From Octopus bimaculoides (Eukaryota), in NCBI RefSeq assembly GCF_001194135.2, contig NC_068982.1:182374389-182437837 (forward strand): a stretch of DNA of 63,449 bases, in the 5' to 3' direction. Under the pieces are notes generated by a model. The model was not told the DNA's origin. It saw only the letters and a program-made list of their open reading frames with translations, and did not search any database. Position numbers and translations under genes: made by a program. This document shows, piece by piece, positions 13,086 to 25,498 of the stretch (the stretch's first letter is position 1; each line of letters opens with the position of its first letter).

Positions 13086-14599
13086 ACACATAAATATACA
13101 TGCGTATATACATATGTGAAACCATTACTTCACTCTGTAAAACCATGCCTGTTAGAATACACCCAATCCGAGTAAAAGACAAATGAAAATTATATCTCGC
13201 AAATTGTATTAAATTTATAATTCTAAACTTAACGATATGGCTGTCGTTATTGTTATTGTTGTTACTATGCATATACAATTGTTTAAACTTCTGGCCATGC
13301 TCTTTTTAATATTTTAACAATTTATGACACATATTTGAAACATTTCAGGAAATGCCAAGCTATTATTCAAATAAACAATCAAGGAAGTGAAATTAATTTC
13401 CCGATTTTTCAGAGGACAGCTGTCATATATGATGCTTATACTTCTTTCCTAAGTTTACACATACAAATAATTGTATATTTAGAACTTGTATTAAGACTTC
13501 TTTGGTGGTCGAAGTTTGGCACATATATGTGTTTGCTTGTATTTCTATATGTAAGTATTTGATATATATGTATATATATANNNNNNNNNNNNNNNNNNNN
13601 NNNNNNNNNNNNNNNNNNNNNNNNNNNNNNNNNNNNNNNNNNNNNNNNNNNNNNNNNNNNNNNNNNNNNNNNNNNNNNNNNNNNNNNNNNNNNNNNNNNN
13701 NNNNNNNNNNNNNNNNNNNNNNNNNNNNNNNNNNNNNNNNNNNNNNNNNNNNNNNNNNNNNNNNNNNNNNNNNNNNNNNNNNNNNNNNNNNNNNNNNNNN
13801 NNNNNNNNNNNNNNNNNNNNNNNNNNGTTTGGCACATATATGTGTTTGCTTGTATTTCTATATGTAAGTATTTGATATATATGCATATATACGTATATAA
13901 TATACTTACATATAGAAATACATACACACATACGTACACACACTCACGAGCATACACTCACATACATGCGCACACATGCACAAAAGAACATAGACACATA
14001 TGATTTTGTCAAGAATATGTCTATCTAATGTTTATCTCTTTGGTCGTATTAAAAAGGAAATTAAGCAAGTGCTTATTTTTGTCACTTTTAAAAAATATAT
14101 TTACGTTTTCATTTGTGAATTTCATATTAACGTGTGTATGTACGTCTCTGTTTGTGAGTGTGCGTGCGCGAGTGTGTGAGAGACACAGAGTTGGCAGAAT
14201 GTTAGAAAGAATGCCTCGCATATTTGTTCTGTTTCTCTAGATTCTGTGTTCCAACATCACCGAGATCAACTTCATTTTCCATCCTCTTGTGAACGATAAC
14301 AGATAACTACCAATGCAAAAGAGACGATTGTAAAATGTGAGGCCGAATACATTCTAGCTGTTTCCTTTCAGATTTCAGATTAGGCTGTCCTAATTCTTCA
14401 ATTGGCTCGGCGACCACTATATAACTACTAACTTCTTTACGTACACCAAATAACTAGATGCTATTGTCCACCACTCTGTCTCTTTCATGCCTAGAATTGA
14501 AAGACACAGGCGTCTCCATAATCTAAATCTTACTACCTGTCCCTTGACTGTACCATCTCTCCTGCTCAAACTTTCGCCACTGTAAAGAAGTATGGAAAA

Positions 14600-14964
14600 A
14601 CTTCAACATCTAAGAACCTGCAATGTTTTTCTCAGTTCTGCTAGTGCTGGTCTCCCAGAACGTTCGTTAATATCGACATTTTTGGGGGTCATCTTAGAAA
14701 CGTTCGAACCACTCGTAACCTCTGTGAGGTTCATGCACTCATCGCCATGCACTTTCTGCAACCTTGTGTTAGCCTTTGAGCAGGTACCGCCATGACAACT
14801 TTCTCTGTCATGGTCAATGCCACGACAGCACGCTACACACCTTCCTTCCGAGCACTACTGTAACCAGCGAATGCACCGTCAACTTTTGCAGTGCGTCTTT
14901 ACTCTGCGTGATTTCGCTTCGTTACAATGGCAACAGTCCGGATACTAATTGATCAGACCTCGTA
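14600..14964 (-). mobile_element. Mariner 5' fragment
   Basis: TA plus TIR TACGAGGTCTGATCAATTAGTATCCGGACT reading leftwards from 14964. MTEKV start at 14811, then RLQKVHGDECMN...DINERSGRP (mariner HTH and linker). Confidence 0.8.
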
Positions 14965-15475
14965 CATCCCGCAAATTAATAACAGCACTGAACTGCATGC
15001 ACGTGATCGGAATCTATAGCAACGTAAAGCATTATTTCATACTCACCCATTACTGGTCAGCAAAATCAACTGTCAACACCTCTCGCTAAATTACTTGGAG
15101 AACAGGACCCTAAATATTGAATTCCAGTTACTAATATTAAACAATTAACCACCGACCTTTGTTACTAATTTGAATTATTTTGTTTTNNNNNNNNNNNNNN
15201 NNNNNNNNNNNNNNNNNNNNNNNNNNNNNNNNNNNNNNNNNNNNNNNNNNNNNNNNNNNNNNNNNNNNNNNNNNNNNNNNNNNNNNNNNNNNNNNNNNNN
15301 NNNNNNNNNNNNNNNNNNNNNNNNNNNNNNNNNNNNNNNNNNNNNNNNNNNNNNNNNNNNNNNNNNNNNNNNNNNNNNNNNNNNNNNNNNNNNNNNNNNN
15401 NNNNNNNNNNNNNNNNNNNNNNNNNNNNNNNNNNNNNNNNNNNNNNNNNNNNNNNNNNNNNNNNNNNNNNNNNNN

Positions 15476-15622
15476 TGTACGTGCGTGTATGCGTATGTGT
15501 GCATGTGTGCATGTGTGCGTGTGTGCGTGTGTGTGTGTGTGCGTGTGGGTGTGTGCACGTGCGTGTATGCGTGTGTGTGCATGTGTGCGCGTGTGTGTGT
15601 GTGCGTGTGTGTGTGTGTGTGC
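15476..15622. repeat. Imperfect (GT/GC)n microsatellite
   Basis: Alternating purine-pyrimidine tract after an N gap. Confidence 0.9.
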
Positions 15623-16019
15623 GTTTACACATATCGAGTTGAGTATTTGTGATTTGTGAACAAATTTCAGCTGACAATAAATATAATTCCATCTCCGTAT
15701 AACATAGCTAGCGCCATATCTTCTCTGTTAGCTTTCTGTCAGGACGAAAACAATCCTACTCTTTTTGAAGTCCCGCTTCTTGTAGGATAAAGAGGTGCTG
15801 TTGGAGGGCAGATATATGCCCTACGAGTAGAGAAGGTAATTTCCGTGTGGTAAGAGACGATTGATCAGTCGCAGAAGGTAATTCTATCCGAATATCACGC
15901 AATATGCTTCCTCATAGATTTGAAACTCCATTTAGATGCTACGTTTGTAACGTCATCGCGGAGAGAGAGGGAAAGATATAGAGAGAGACGGGGAGAAAAA
16001 GAGAGAAAGAGACAGGTTT

Positions 16020-16471
16020 CTTTGCTTGTACAATTTCTCCAATTTAGAGAAAATGGGCATTGGCAGGGCTACATTTCTATTAGCATTAGGGCATACTATA
16101 TCTATGATCCAGCATCGTTTGCTTTCTTTCTCAGTGAATACTATGTCTCGTTTCCTCATGTTCTTTATCTCTTGATCGCCCTAAATCATAAAATACCATA
16201 TAATTTTTCCATTATCATTTTCGATGATTTGTTCGGGTTTATGTACGTACCACTTTTTTGCTCTGTCAAGTCCATACTTGGTGCATAGTGTCCAATGGAT
16301 AATCCATGCTATATTGTCATGACGTCTCTTATATTCTTTCAGGGCTAGTGGCATGAATTAACTGGTAATATGCCATGCAGTATCACCATTTTGTCCGCAA
16401 ATTCTGCACTTCTCACTTTCTGATGTGTTGTCTGTTCTGTATTTGATGTAACTGGTTCTTAATGCTTGCTT

Positions 16472-16472
<1 letters not shown>
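16020..16472 (-). mobile_element. R4/Dong-clade RLE non-LTR retrotransposon fragment (zinc knuckle and endonuclease)
   Basis: Minus translation: QALRTSYIKY...KCRICGQNGDTAWHITS...EYKRRHDNIAWIIHWTLC...WYVHKP...KIIWYF...RDIVFTEKESKRCWIIDIVCP; two stops. Confidence 0.88.
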
Positions 16473-16523
<51 letters not shown>

Positions 16524-16560
16524 CCACCATCATCATCATCACCATCACCATCACCATCAC

Positions 16561-16596
<36 letters not shown>

Positions 16597-16612
16597 TATT
16601 ATTATTATTATT
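16472..16612. repeat. Compound (ATC)n(ACC)(ATT)n microsatellite
   Basis: Direct reading; lies between the LINE fragment and a SINE head. Confidence 0.95.
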
Positions 16613-16830
16613 AAGGCGGTGAGCTGGCAGAATCTTTAGCGCTCTGGACGAAATGCTTAGCAGTATGTAACCCGTCGCTACGTTCTTAGTTCAAATTCCA
16701 CCTTTCATCCTTTCGAGGTCGATAAAATAAGTACCAGTTGAACACTTGTGTCGATGTAATCGACTCATGCCCTTCCCCCTAAATGCTTGTCTTGTGCCAA
16801 AATTTGATACAATCATTATTATCATTACTA
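16613..16830 (+). mobile_element. SINE family A, near full length
   Basis: Head aaggcggtgagctggcagaatc, B-box-like agttcaaattcc, core cctttcatcctttcgaggtcgataaaataagtaccagtt, (ATT)-type tail. Confidence 0.85.
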
Positions 16831-18524
16831 TTAAGCCCTTTATTAATCTCGGTATATCGATTGTACATTTAATGAGTTCAAAACAGTTGTTGGTTGAAGA
16901 ATAATAGGAACCTGGAAGCAGTTTTCACTTTTGATGCTTATAACTGTATCAATTTTCCTCTGGCCCTCTGTATATAAATTAAGCTAAATAGATACTGTAG
17001 GCATTCGTGCTATGTTTGCTTTATACAATTTCAGCGTAGAGCGAAGTAGTAGAGATCAATTGATAAACCCGGTATAACAGGGTTCTTCATAGCACTAGCT
17101 TTAAATACAATTACACTCTGAACCGTTAACAGTAATGTAAATGGTTACTAGTGAGATGGCAATGATATAGAAATTATAGTCTCTATCATCAGACTGTTGA
17201 TATCAGAAACCAAATTGTTTAAACACAGGCAGCTGTTAATTACTGTCCAGCGTGTCTGTTTAATTATAATGATTTTTACATGTATTTTATAGGTTCAAAC
17301 CTGAATATTTACTCTGCAGCATATCACAGCATCAAAAACAAACGCGGCGTAGCCATGAGTAGTATGTAAATATGTATAGAAAGACAGATATGTTTGTATG
17401 TATATGAATATATAGACATACTTAAACGGACTAACACATTGCACACACATAGATACTCACGCATGTACTCATACATATTCACACATATTCATATGCATAT
17501 ATAATGCATGTATGTGTTTTTGCGTGCATGTGTGAGTTTTGTGTTATAAAGAATCTGCTGCATTGAAATTAGGAAGTATGTATTTGTCAACCGTATAAAC
17601 TGTAACATAAGGGCAAAATAACATAAGAAATAAAGTGAGCAAAATAAGGTTTCAAAATATTGTAAGAGAAACGGTAGTGGAAGGCATTTAAAGAAAATAC
17701 CAAATGTAAATCAACACACTAATTGATCTTCTAAAATATTTTAAACACATAAACATGAGTGTGCGGGTATGCTTTTGTGTGCACGCGTGCATGTTTTGTG
17801 CAAATTGCTTATAAATGTATAACAGGAGTTTATCGATTGTAACTGATTCTGTTTTAAAGAAGTTGCTGTCATATTTAACAATGCTTATCAAACCAATATT
17901 AACAATATAGATTATTTAAATTATTATCAAATATTTATAAATCTACTGTACATCATAGCAATAAATACTCCTCACGTTGATGTTTCCTTAATCTGTTGTG
18001 TCTAAATAATATGTGGCTGTTCATTTTTTTAGAATTATTTCTTTTGTTAATTATTTGTTCGTTGTCTAGTTTAATATAAGTTGATATAAGCTTTATAACG
18101 ATAATTATCAAAATCATACATATAACATCCTGTAACATGCCAACATTCCATTGATTTTCACTTGTCATATTTGTTGATGTCACCACAGAAAAGAGTTTTA
18201 ATGAGTTTCACTATAATAAAAAACATTCATACAAAATGACTTGGTTTTCACTCTTCAGTCAAGCCCTTATGTGATGACAACCTACTAGATGTATCAGTCT
18301 CATCGCCATAAGGTATTGTCTACAGCCTTATATTAGAAAGAAAAAAAGCAGTACATAATGAAGCCACTCATTTCTTAAAGAAAAGGATGATAACAGTTGG
18401 AATGACTTTCATTTTTGTTTATCTCGATCAGGGCATAGTTGTGGATAAACATCAACAAAAGAGTTTCGTAATAGCCTCTGGAAGTTTATATAATTTCCAC
18501 AAACAGACATCAATGTATGTGTAA

Positions 18525-18660
18525 GAAACTCCGTTTGCAACCACGTTGTTTTCGCTTCGGAACCACTTCTCGGCACCATGGGCAATAGTCTTCTTGCCCA
18601 GGTCGACCAATAGCCTTCTGAGGGAAATTGGAGGACGTAAAATGTGTGGAAGAGCGTCAT
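18525..18660 (+). mobile_element. tRNA-derived SINE family C, partial
   Basis: caaccacg...ggcaccatgggcaatagtcttct...ggtcgaccaatagccttctgag; reverse complement of 48820-48982. Confidence 0.6.
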
Positions 18661-20036
18661 TTAAATATTTATGTATATCTCTATATGTGTGTCTTTGTGT
18701 CTATTTGCCTTCCACTACCGATTTACTACTGATGTTGGGTTGTTTTTAAGTCCATAACTTATACGGGTTGGCCCAATACCCGATAGAATAAGCACCAGAT
18801 TTAAAATAAGTACAAGAATCGATTTGCTTCACAAAACCCTTCAAGGCGGCACCTCAAATTGGCCGCAGTCCAATGAGTGTGGCAAAAGGTTTATATAAAA
18901 TAAGTTACACGTGTTGCCATACGAAATTTGGAACGATTGAAGAAACAAAGCAAGCCTAACTTCTTTAATGTTCACTATATATAATTTTTTACATGCACCA
19001 ACCTGATTTTCTGGCAATTGTATTATTTTTTTCTGCTATCACTCAATTCTTTTCAGCTGCTACATTTTCATTGCAGGCCTTTCCTATGTGATCTGATATC
19101 ATGAACTATTAATTACAGACCGGCTGGTGAGAGATTTTGAGACCAATATTCAGATAATTGTATTTGGGAACAATGAAAATGAAATTTGCGCATATTTCAT
19201 TTTGTAGGAAGCAAATTGTATTAGCCTAACAGATCCATAATTTCCTCGAAGAAACCCTTAATAGATTCTGCTAATATGAAATCTAATTTGCACTTCGGAA
19301 GCAACATGTCAATGCAATGATAACAGGGTTTAATGAATTTCATAGGATGAAAATCATTCTTTGATGTGATCATTATGTTGAGCCTTTTGTCGGAACATAT
19401 GCACAAATTAAAGACGATGCTAGAAATATCAGATAGACCCCATTCGATACGGAGACCTAATTAATAATATTTACAGCAAATAATTCAATTAAAGAGAAAG
19501 CCTTTGCATCAAGACATTCTCAACAGAATACAGATTTCTGCCGGTATTTAGCATTAATTCTCCTGATCATGTACTCTTCAGAATTACAATCTATATATGA
19601 AATTACTATATGCTATCGATTTTATCGATCTAACAATGTGGGCGTTCCGCATAGAAACCTTTAATATTATGTTATTTTAAAGACATATTTACCATAGAAT
19701 ATGTGAAGTCTACAAAGCCGAAAATATTAAAAAAATTCTCTGTTATGGCTTGTTAGATGCAAAAAATTCTAGGTCATTCAACGATTAATGTTTTTTGTAC
19801 AAAACAGAAGCGTTTTTATTTAGATGTAATTTCGAATTAGCTTAACTACATCAATAAACTGCGAATTAAAATGTTGTATCAGCATTCATACATTTTAAGT
19901 TTAAATCCATGAATGATTAGAATTTGTATACTCGTCGATATACTGGACCAAACATAGAGAATAAGTCGACTCCATGGTTACAAAAAACACAAATTCGGCC
20001 AAAAAAAAAGCTTTTCTTGTTTTAACTACTTTTTAC

Positions 20037-20040
<4 letters not shown>

Positions 20041-20110
<70 letters not shown>
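20041..20110. repeat. (ATT)n microsatellite
   Basis: About 23 perfect units. Confidence 0.97.
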
Positions 20111-20112
<2 letters not shown>

Positions 20113-20117
20113 TTCAC

Positions 20118-20215
20118 TAAGGGTGACTTTGCTTTTTATTATTTCGTGGTCTATGAAATGAGTACCAATCAAGTGCTAGGGTCGATTTAATCGACTTTAT
20201 TATTATTATTATTAT
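20118..20215 (+). mobile_element. SINE family A 3' fragment with (TTA)n tail
   Basis: gactttgcttttt...gagtaccaatcaagtgctagggtcgatttaatcgac followed by (TTA)n. Confidence 0.6.
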
Positions 20216-21050
20216 TTTATGTTTGACTTTTGTTTTGCATTTGTACAAGTTGGATCCAAGTCTCACCCAGAGACCTCAAGAGACAACAAGTTAGAAGTTC
20301 ATGTAGGTGTTATGCCTAGGGTACCATATATTTGGATTTATACAGTTTTGTTCTAGCGAATGCTTAAGAAACCATAAGAAAATTATGTGTTTGTTTTAAA
20401 ATTTGAGATCACATAGACAGTATTTTACGTAGGATATGGGCAGTTCCCATGAGCACTATCTTTTGAACTTCAGCCATTTTGGGGGTTCCTGGTATCTGAG
20501 CTAGGTAGTAATCAGCCCGTTTCGCTGTCATTCCCANNNNNNNNNNNNNNNNNNNNNNNNNNNNNNNNNNNNNNNNNNNNNNNNNNNNNNNNNNNNNNNN
20601 NNNNNNNNNNNNNNNNNNNNNNNNNNNNNNNNNNNNNNNNNNNNNNNNNNNNNNNNNNNNNNNNNNNNNNNNNNNNNNNNNNNNNNNNNNNNNNNNNNNN
20701 NNNNNNNNNNNNNNNNNNNNNNNNNNNNNNNNNNNNNNNNNNNNNNNNNNNNNNNNNNNNNNNNNNNNNNNNNNNNNNNNNNNNNNNNNNNNNNNNNNNN
20801 NNNNNNNNNNNNNNNNNNNNNNNNNNNNNNNNNNNNNNNNNNNNNNNNNNNNNNNNNNNNNNNNNNNNNNNNNNNNNNNNNNNNNNNNNNNNNNNNNNNN
20901 NNNNNNNNNNNNNNNNNNNNNNNNNNNNNTGTTGTTGGCATATACGACATAATGGGGAGCTGCTGTTCTTTAATATGTTGGCCTGGTAGTTCTTTGTAGG
21001 TAGGCATTGATCTTGGGCTGCTATGATAAACTCCTCTGTTTCTGATGTCC
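20216..21050 (-). mobile_element. R4/Dong-clade LINE, 5'-truncated, with intact 3' end (spans an N gap)
   Basis: Minus translation right of the gap: SETEEFIIAAQDQCLPTKNYQANILKNSSSPLCRICQQ. Left of the gap: EVQKIVLMGTAHILRKILSM*, then 3'UTR and (TAA)n tail. About 95% identical by eye to 44046-44248. Confidence 0.9.
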
Positions 21051-21758
21051 GGAAATTGCTGACTTGTGGGGTTATGTTGAACAGCTGCTGTCACTTGCAG
21101 AATGGATCCGTCTGTCGGCCGAGCCTGTAATGAGGATTACACCGCCGCCCTCCTTCAATCGGTTAGGCAAGGCAGTTTTGATTTGTCTGTTTTGTTACTG
21201 AGTATGATACTTTCTTGTTTTCATGTTTTGAGACAAATTTGAACATCCAATCCTCCTATATATATGAGATAATATATTGTATGTCCATAGAACATGTACA
21301 GCGATTGTGTTCAACATATGGAGTCAGATGCAAAGAAGATTAACTATTTCCCGAAAGAATATCCCCGTTATTTCACACATAGGACAGGCTTTAATTATTT
21401 TCGCTTTGCTTAGGAATTATATTATTTTATTTTTTTTTACGAATTTGGAAACGTCATGGCTCAAGTATTTCATTCATATTTGTGTAGTTTACTTCCATTC
21501 TTATTATGTTTCACGTATCTAAAAGTATAGAACAGTATAACATACGTTTCAGTAGTTAATGCTAGCCATTTGAAGCGTTGTTTCCCCGATTTTACCATCA
21601 TTTCTAATCGCTCAGTTCAGCAGAAACTACTGTATGCAACATGTATGCAATATCAAAAACATTGCTGTTATTATAGTAACATACATTAGCTCCCAAGCTG
21701 TATAATCAGTCTGTCGTACTGTAACAATATTAGACTTTATAATCTGCCGGCGACCGTG

Positions 21759-22985
21759 TTAGTTGGTCGTCAATTATGAAATTTGTAGAAAACAAAAAAG
21801 AAAGTTTTCTAATGTTTTATAAATGCAAGGAATAGTTTTATTCATCAAAGTATGAACCCATATTGTCAAAATACTTTTGCCATTTCAGCGGTAACTTATC
21901 CAGCCCGGAAATATAAAAGCCTGGCAATCTAGAGTCAATAAAATCTTGGAAGGCCTGTTTTACAGCATCGTCGGAAATAAACTGTTTTCCTATCAAAAAG
22001 TTATCCAAATTCTGGAAGAAGTGGTAGCCAGTAGGGACAAGATCAGGAGCGTATGGTGGATGATATTTTCACCAATGTCAATTTTGCGATGTGTGGTCGG
22101 GATTTGTCTTGCAATAAAATTGAAGTGGATCTGTTGATTAATCTAAGTTGTTAATGTTTTTGTAAGTTTATGCATCATACGGTCCACTTGGCTGTAGTAT
22201 ACTTCGACCGTAGTTTATGAGCCAGGTTTAATGAAATCATAATGGATCACGCATATGTCAGACCACCAAACACACACCACGGGCATCTTTTGATGAGTTT
22301 TGCTTTTTGGACTGTGTTTCGGTGGCTCGTCTTTGTCCAACTATTTCGCTGAACGTTTACAGTTGTTGTATTGGATCCATTTCTCAACACTTGTTACAAT
22401 TCGATTCAAAAATGATTCAATTTTGTGACTAGAAAGAAATGCAGACTTCCAAACGTTGGTGTTTCTCATTTTCATTGAGTCCATGTAGAACACACTTATC
22501 CAAATGTTTCACTTTACCAATTTGAACTAGGTGAGTCAATATTATTTGCTTGCTAACACTAAATAACAACGATAATTGAAGAGTACTTTGAAATGGATCT
22601 GACTCGACCGTGACTTTCAGTTCGACATTATCCACTTTTGTTTCTGGTCGAACGCGTTGCTCATTTGTGAGGTCAAAGTTACCAGAACGAAATTTTGCAA
22701 ATCAATTTGATACTCTCTGCTGCGTAATAACATTGGAAAGAAATACTCCATTAATATTCCGAACGGTGTGTGATATTGTATTTCCAAGAAAGAACTCATA
22801 TTTCAAAACTGCACGAATTTCCGACTTATCCATCTCTAAACAAAAATAGCAAAGAACGATTTATAAATACTTTATGAAGCGCAAAATGAGTTAGAATTTA
22901 AAAAAATAGATGCGTGAGCTTTGTAACAAAGAATAGAAATTGTCAAAATATAACAATGGCGCAAAATGAGCAGCTGTCAAAGTTT
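21759..22985 (-). mobile_element. Mariner near-full-length remnant, transposase 22833 to 21838
   Basis: MDKSEIRAVLKYEF...FAKFRSGNFDLTNEQRVRP...LQDKSRPH...HPPYAPDLVPTGYHFFQNLDNFL...KLPLKWQKYFDNMGSYFDE*. Stops, frameshifts and a deletion are present, and the third catalytic Asp reads Gly. Confidence 0.92.
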
Positions 22986-23003
22986 ATTAAATACCTTACT
23001 ACA

Positions 23004-23143
23004 AAAGAATGAAAGACTACAAATTTATCAGGCGATCGCAGTCGAGATCACCTCATAAGCATTGTATACCAACTATTGAGTACGTTGAAACCATGTAAAA
23101 CGCACAGAGCATCAATTTTGAATCGCATATATGATTATTATTG
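23004..23143 (+). repeat. About 140-bp dispersed repeat, copy 1
   Basis: Reverse complement of 27133-27272 (gactacaaatttatcagg.gatcgcagtcgagatca.ctcataag.attgtatacc...gaaaccatgtaaa). Confidence 0.85.
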
Positions 23144-23238
23144 TCTCGGCGGAATTTGAACTCAGAACGTAATGACAGAAGAAATACCGCTAAGCATTTC
23201 ATCCGGAGTGTTAACGATTCTGCCAGCTCGCCGCCTTC
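23144..23238 (-). mobile_element. SINE family A, 5' half
   Basis: ctcggcggaatttgaactcagaacgt...gattctgccagctcgccgcctt is the reverse complement of the family head. Confidence 0.8.
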
Positions 23239-23294
23239 CTATGGTTATATTCTACAACATCATTGATATAAGTGCCGTGACTGCTTTCGTTGTA

Positions 23295-23602
23295 AGGATA
23301 AAAGAAGACAGTGCTTAATTCAGTTAGGAAAGGAACTTGCTGGACTTAATACTCAACAAGAATATGACAAACAATCTTCTAGTTCTGCCAACATTTCTCA
23401 ACCAAACAAGAAAAGAAGACGAACTTCAACCTCATTTGAGATTCCTCAGCCAAAAGAAAAGATGAAGATGTTCTTTCTGTGACCCCAAAAAGACAGGAAA
23501 ATTCATACTACATGTATGAATTGTAATACCTATGTTTGCCAAAAACATTCCAATGTTATCTGCATTCACTGCCATGAAGAGCTCAATTCTGTACTTCTGT
23601 AA
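23295..23602 (+). mobile_element. piggyBac transposase C-terminal cysteine-rich domain remnant
   Basis: KRRQCLIQLGKEL...RCSFCDP/KKDRKIHTTCMNCNTYVCQKHSNVICIHCHEE with one frameshift near 23487; Cys/His spacing matches the piggyBac C-terminal domain. Confidence 0.75.
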
Positions 23603-23619
23603 TTTCTTTTAATTTGTGA

Positions 23620-23880
23620 TATATTCTTCTTCTTCTTCTTCTCCTTCCTCTTCCTCATCCACTTCTCGTTCTTTCCCTTCTGCTTCCTCTTCCTTTTTTC
23701 CTTCTAATTCTTCTTCTTCCTCTTCCTAATTCATTCCCCCTTCCTCCTCCTCCCGTTCTTCTTCTTCTTCTTCTTCTTCTTCTTTTTCTTCTTCTTCTTC
23801 TTCTTCTTCTTCTTCTTCTTCTTCTTCTCTTCTTTACTATTGTCGTTGCTGCTGCTGCTGCTGCTAGTCCCGCTGCAGCT
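23620..23880. repeat. Degenerate (TTC/TCC)n polypyrimidine tract ending in (GCT)n
   Basis: Direct reading. Confidence 0.9.
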
Positions 23881-24142
23881 GTTGATTCCCACTTATCTTC
23901 TCTTTGAACTCTCCTTCCTAGTCTTTTCTCACCTCCTCAATATGAGATCTTACATCTTTATATTACTTCCTTTCCCTTAAATTGTGCTTTACGCGTTTTG
24001 TTTCCTATATCGCGTTTTATATCCTTTAAAATCCAAGGAACTGTTCACTAAGAGGAATTGCAAGCCTACAATGGAAGAAGTATAATGTATACATATGAAA
24101 CACTACCACCACCACCTCAGAAAATCTTAAATATAAAACAAA

Positions 24143-24340
24143 AACAAGTACCAGTTGAGCTCTGGGGTCGATGTAATCGACAAATCCGCTCCCCACCCCG
24201 GGAATTCATGCCTTGTGCCTATATTAGAAAAAACTATATAATGCGTTGAGCTGGCAGAATCCTTAGCACGCCGGGCAAAATGTTTAGTGACATTTCACCC
24301 GTCATTGCATTCTGAGTTCAAATTCCGCCGAGGTCGTCTA
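24143..24340 (+). mobile_element. SINE family A: 3' part of one copy followed by the head of another
   Basis: aagtaccagttgagctctggggtcgatgtaatcgac...ttgtgcctatattagaa, then gagctggcagaatcc...gagttcaaattccgccgaggtcg. Confidence 0.75.
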
Positions 24341-25259
24341 AAACAATCAGTTACAAATCATTAAAAAATGCGAGCATAAAAAGGAACAGCATAAATCTTC
24401 GGAAAACAAATTACTTAAAAGAAACGGCACGTGTAGAATTTTATCCTAATACGATGGAAAGAGAAGTCACCAAGTTCTGAAATACTGACATATATTAAGC
24501 AGATCCTACGAATGAAGGAAAGTAGACTCAAAGTATTGTGATCGTGCAGGTTCAATATAATGAATAAGAATGAATAAGGTTGATATAACGAATAAGAATA
24601 CATTAACCTCGTTTAGTTTGAGATGAAATCACTTCGTAGAGAGAAGTTTTTAATGAAGAGAGAGTGTATAACGACTGGCAATAAAAAAAGATGTGAGCTT
24701 TCAGAGAGAGGGCATTGTGCCGCTATTATTGAATATTAATAGAAAGTAGGCAGCATTATCTTTATCCAGATATTGTTCCAGTGTCACCATGTTCTGAATC
24801 ATGACAATACACATGCACATAGTCAGATTGATCACGTATAAACAACTGAATATGATTGTGTAATTGGTACACAGTAAAGAATGCAGTTTCCTACCCATAC
24901 GACACCCGCACAATATGCTAATATATACCGCACCACCATTACGCTATCAAAGTACGCCGGAAATCACAAAGGTAATGGCGAACCATAAAGGTTCTGACAA
25001 TTTCCAATAAACAGAACGCAGCCCCTTAATACTATACGCTTTGGGAATATGAGGATAATATATTTACAAACCTCCTCCAAATAATCGCTTACAGAACAGG
25101 GACAAAAGAACACTACTATTTACAGTGCAATTTTATATAGAGTAACCGAGGATTAATGTACAATATGCATAAAATAGTAAACCAAGCATTCAACATATTA
25201 TGTTGACGACTTAATTACAAGCGAGAAGTCTAAAACAAATACTACAATAAATAACCATA

Positions 25260-25480
25260 ATATTCTTTTCTAATCTAGGCAACAGGCCCTAAATTTTGGG
25301 GGAAGGGGGCCAGTCGATTAGATCGACTCCAATACGCAACTGGTTCTTAATTTATAGACCCCGAAAGGAAGAAAGGTAAAATCGGCCTCGGCGAATTTTG
25401 AACTCAGAACGTAGATACAAACGAAATACCACTACGCATTTCGCTCGGCATGCTAACGTTTCTGCCAGCTCGCCGGCTTT
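25260..25480 (-). mobile_element. SINE family A, full length
   Basis: Complete reverse complement of head, B-box, core and tail. Confidence 0.85.
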
Positions 25481-25498
25481 CCCAAATTTCAATATATA

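Noticed and set aside
23016-23030. CTACAAATTT as the right TIR of the 21759 mariner
   Set aside because: It lies inside the separate 140-bp repeat that also occurs at 27133-27272.
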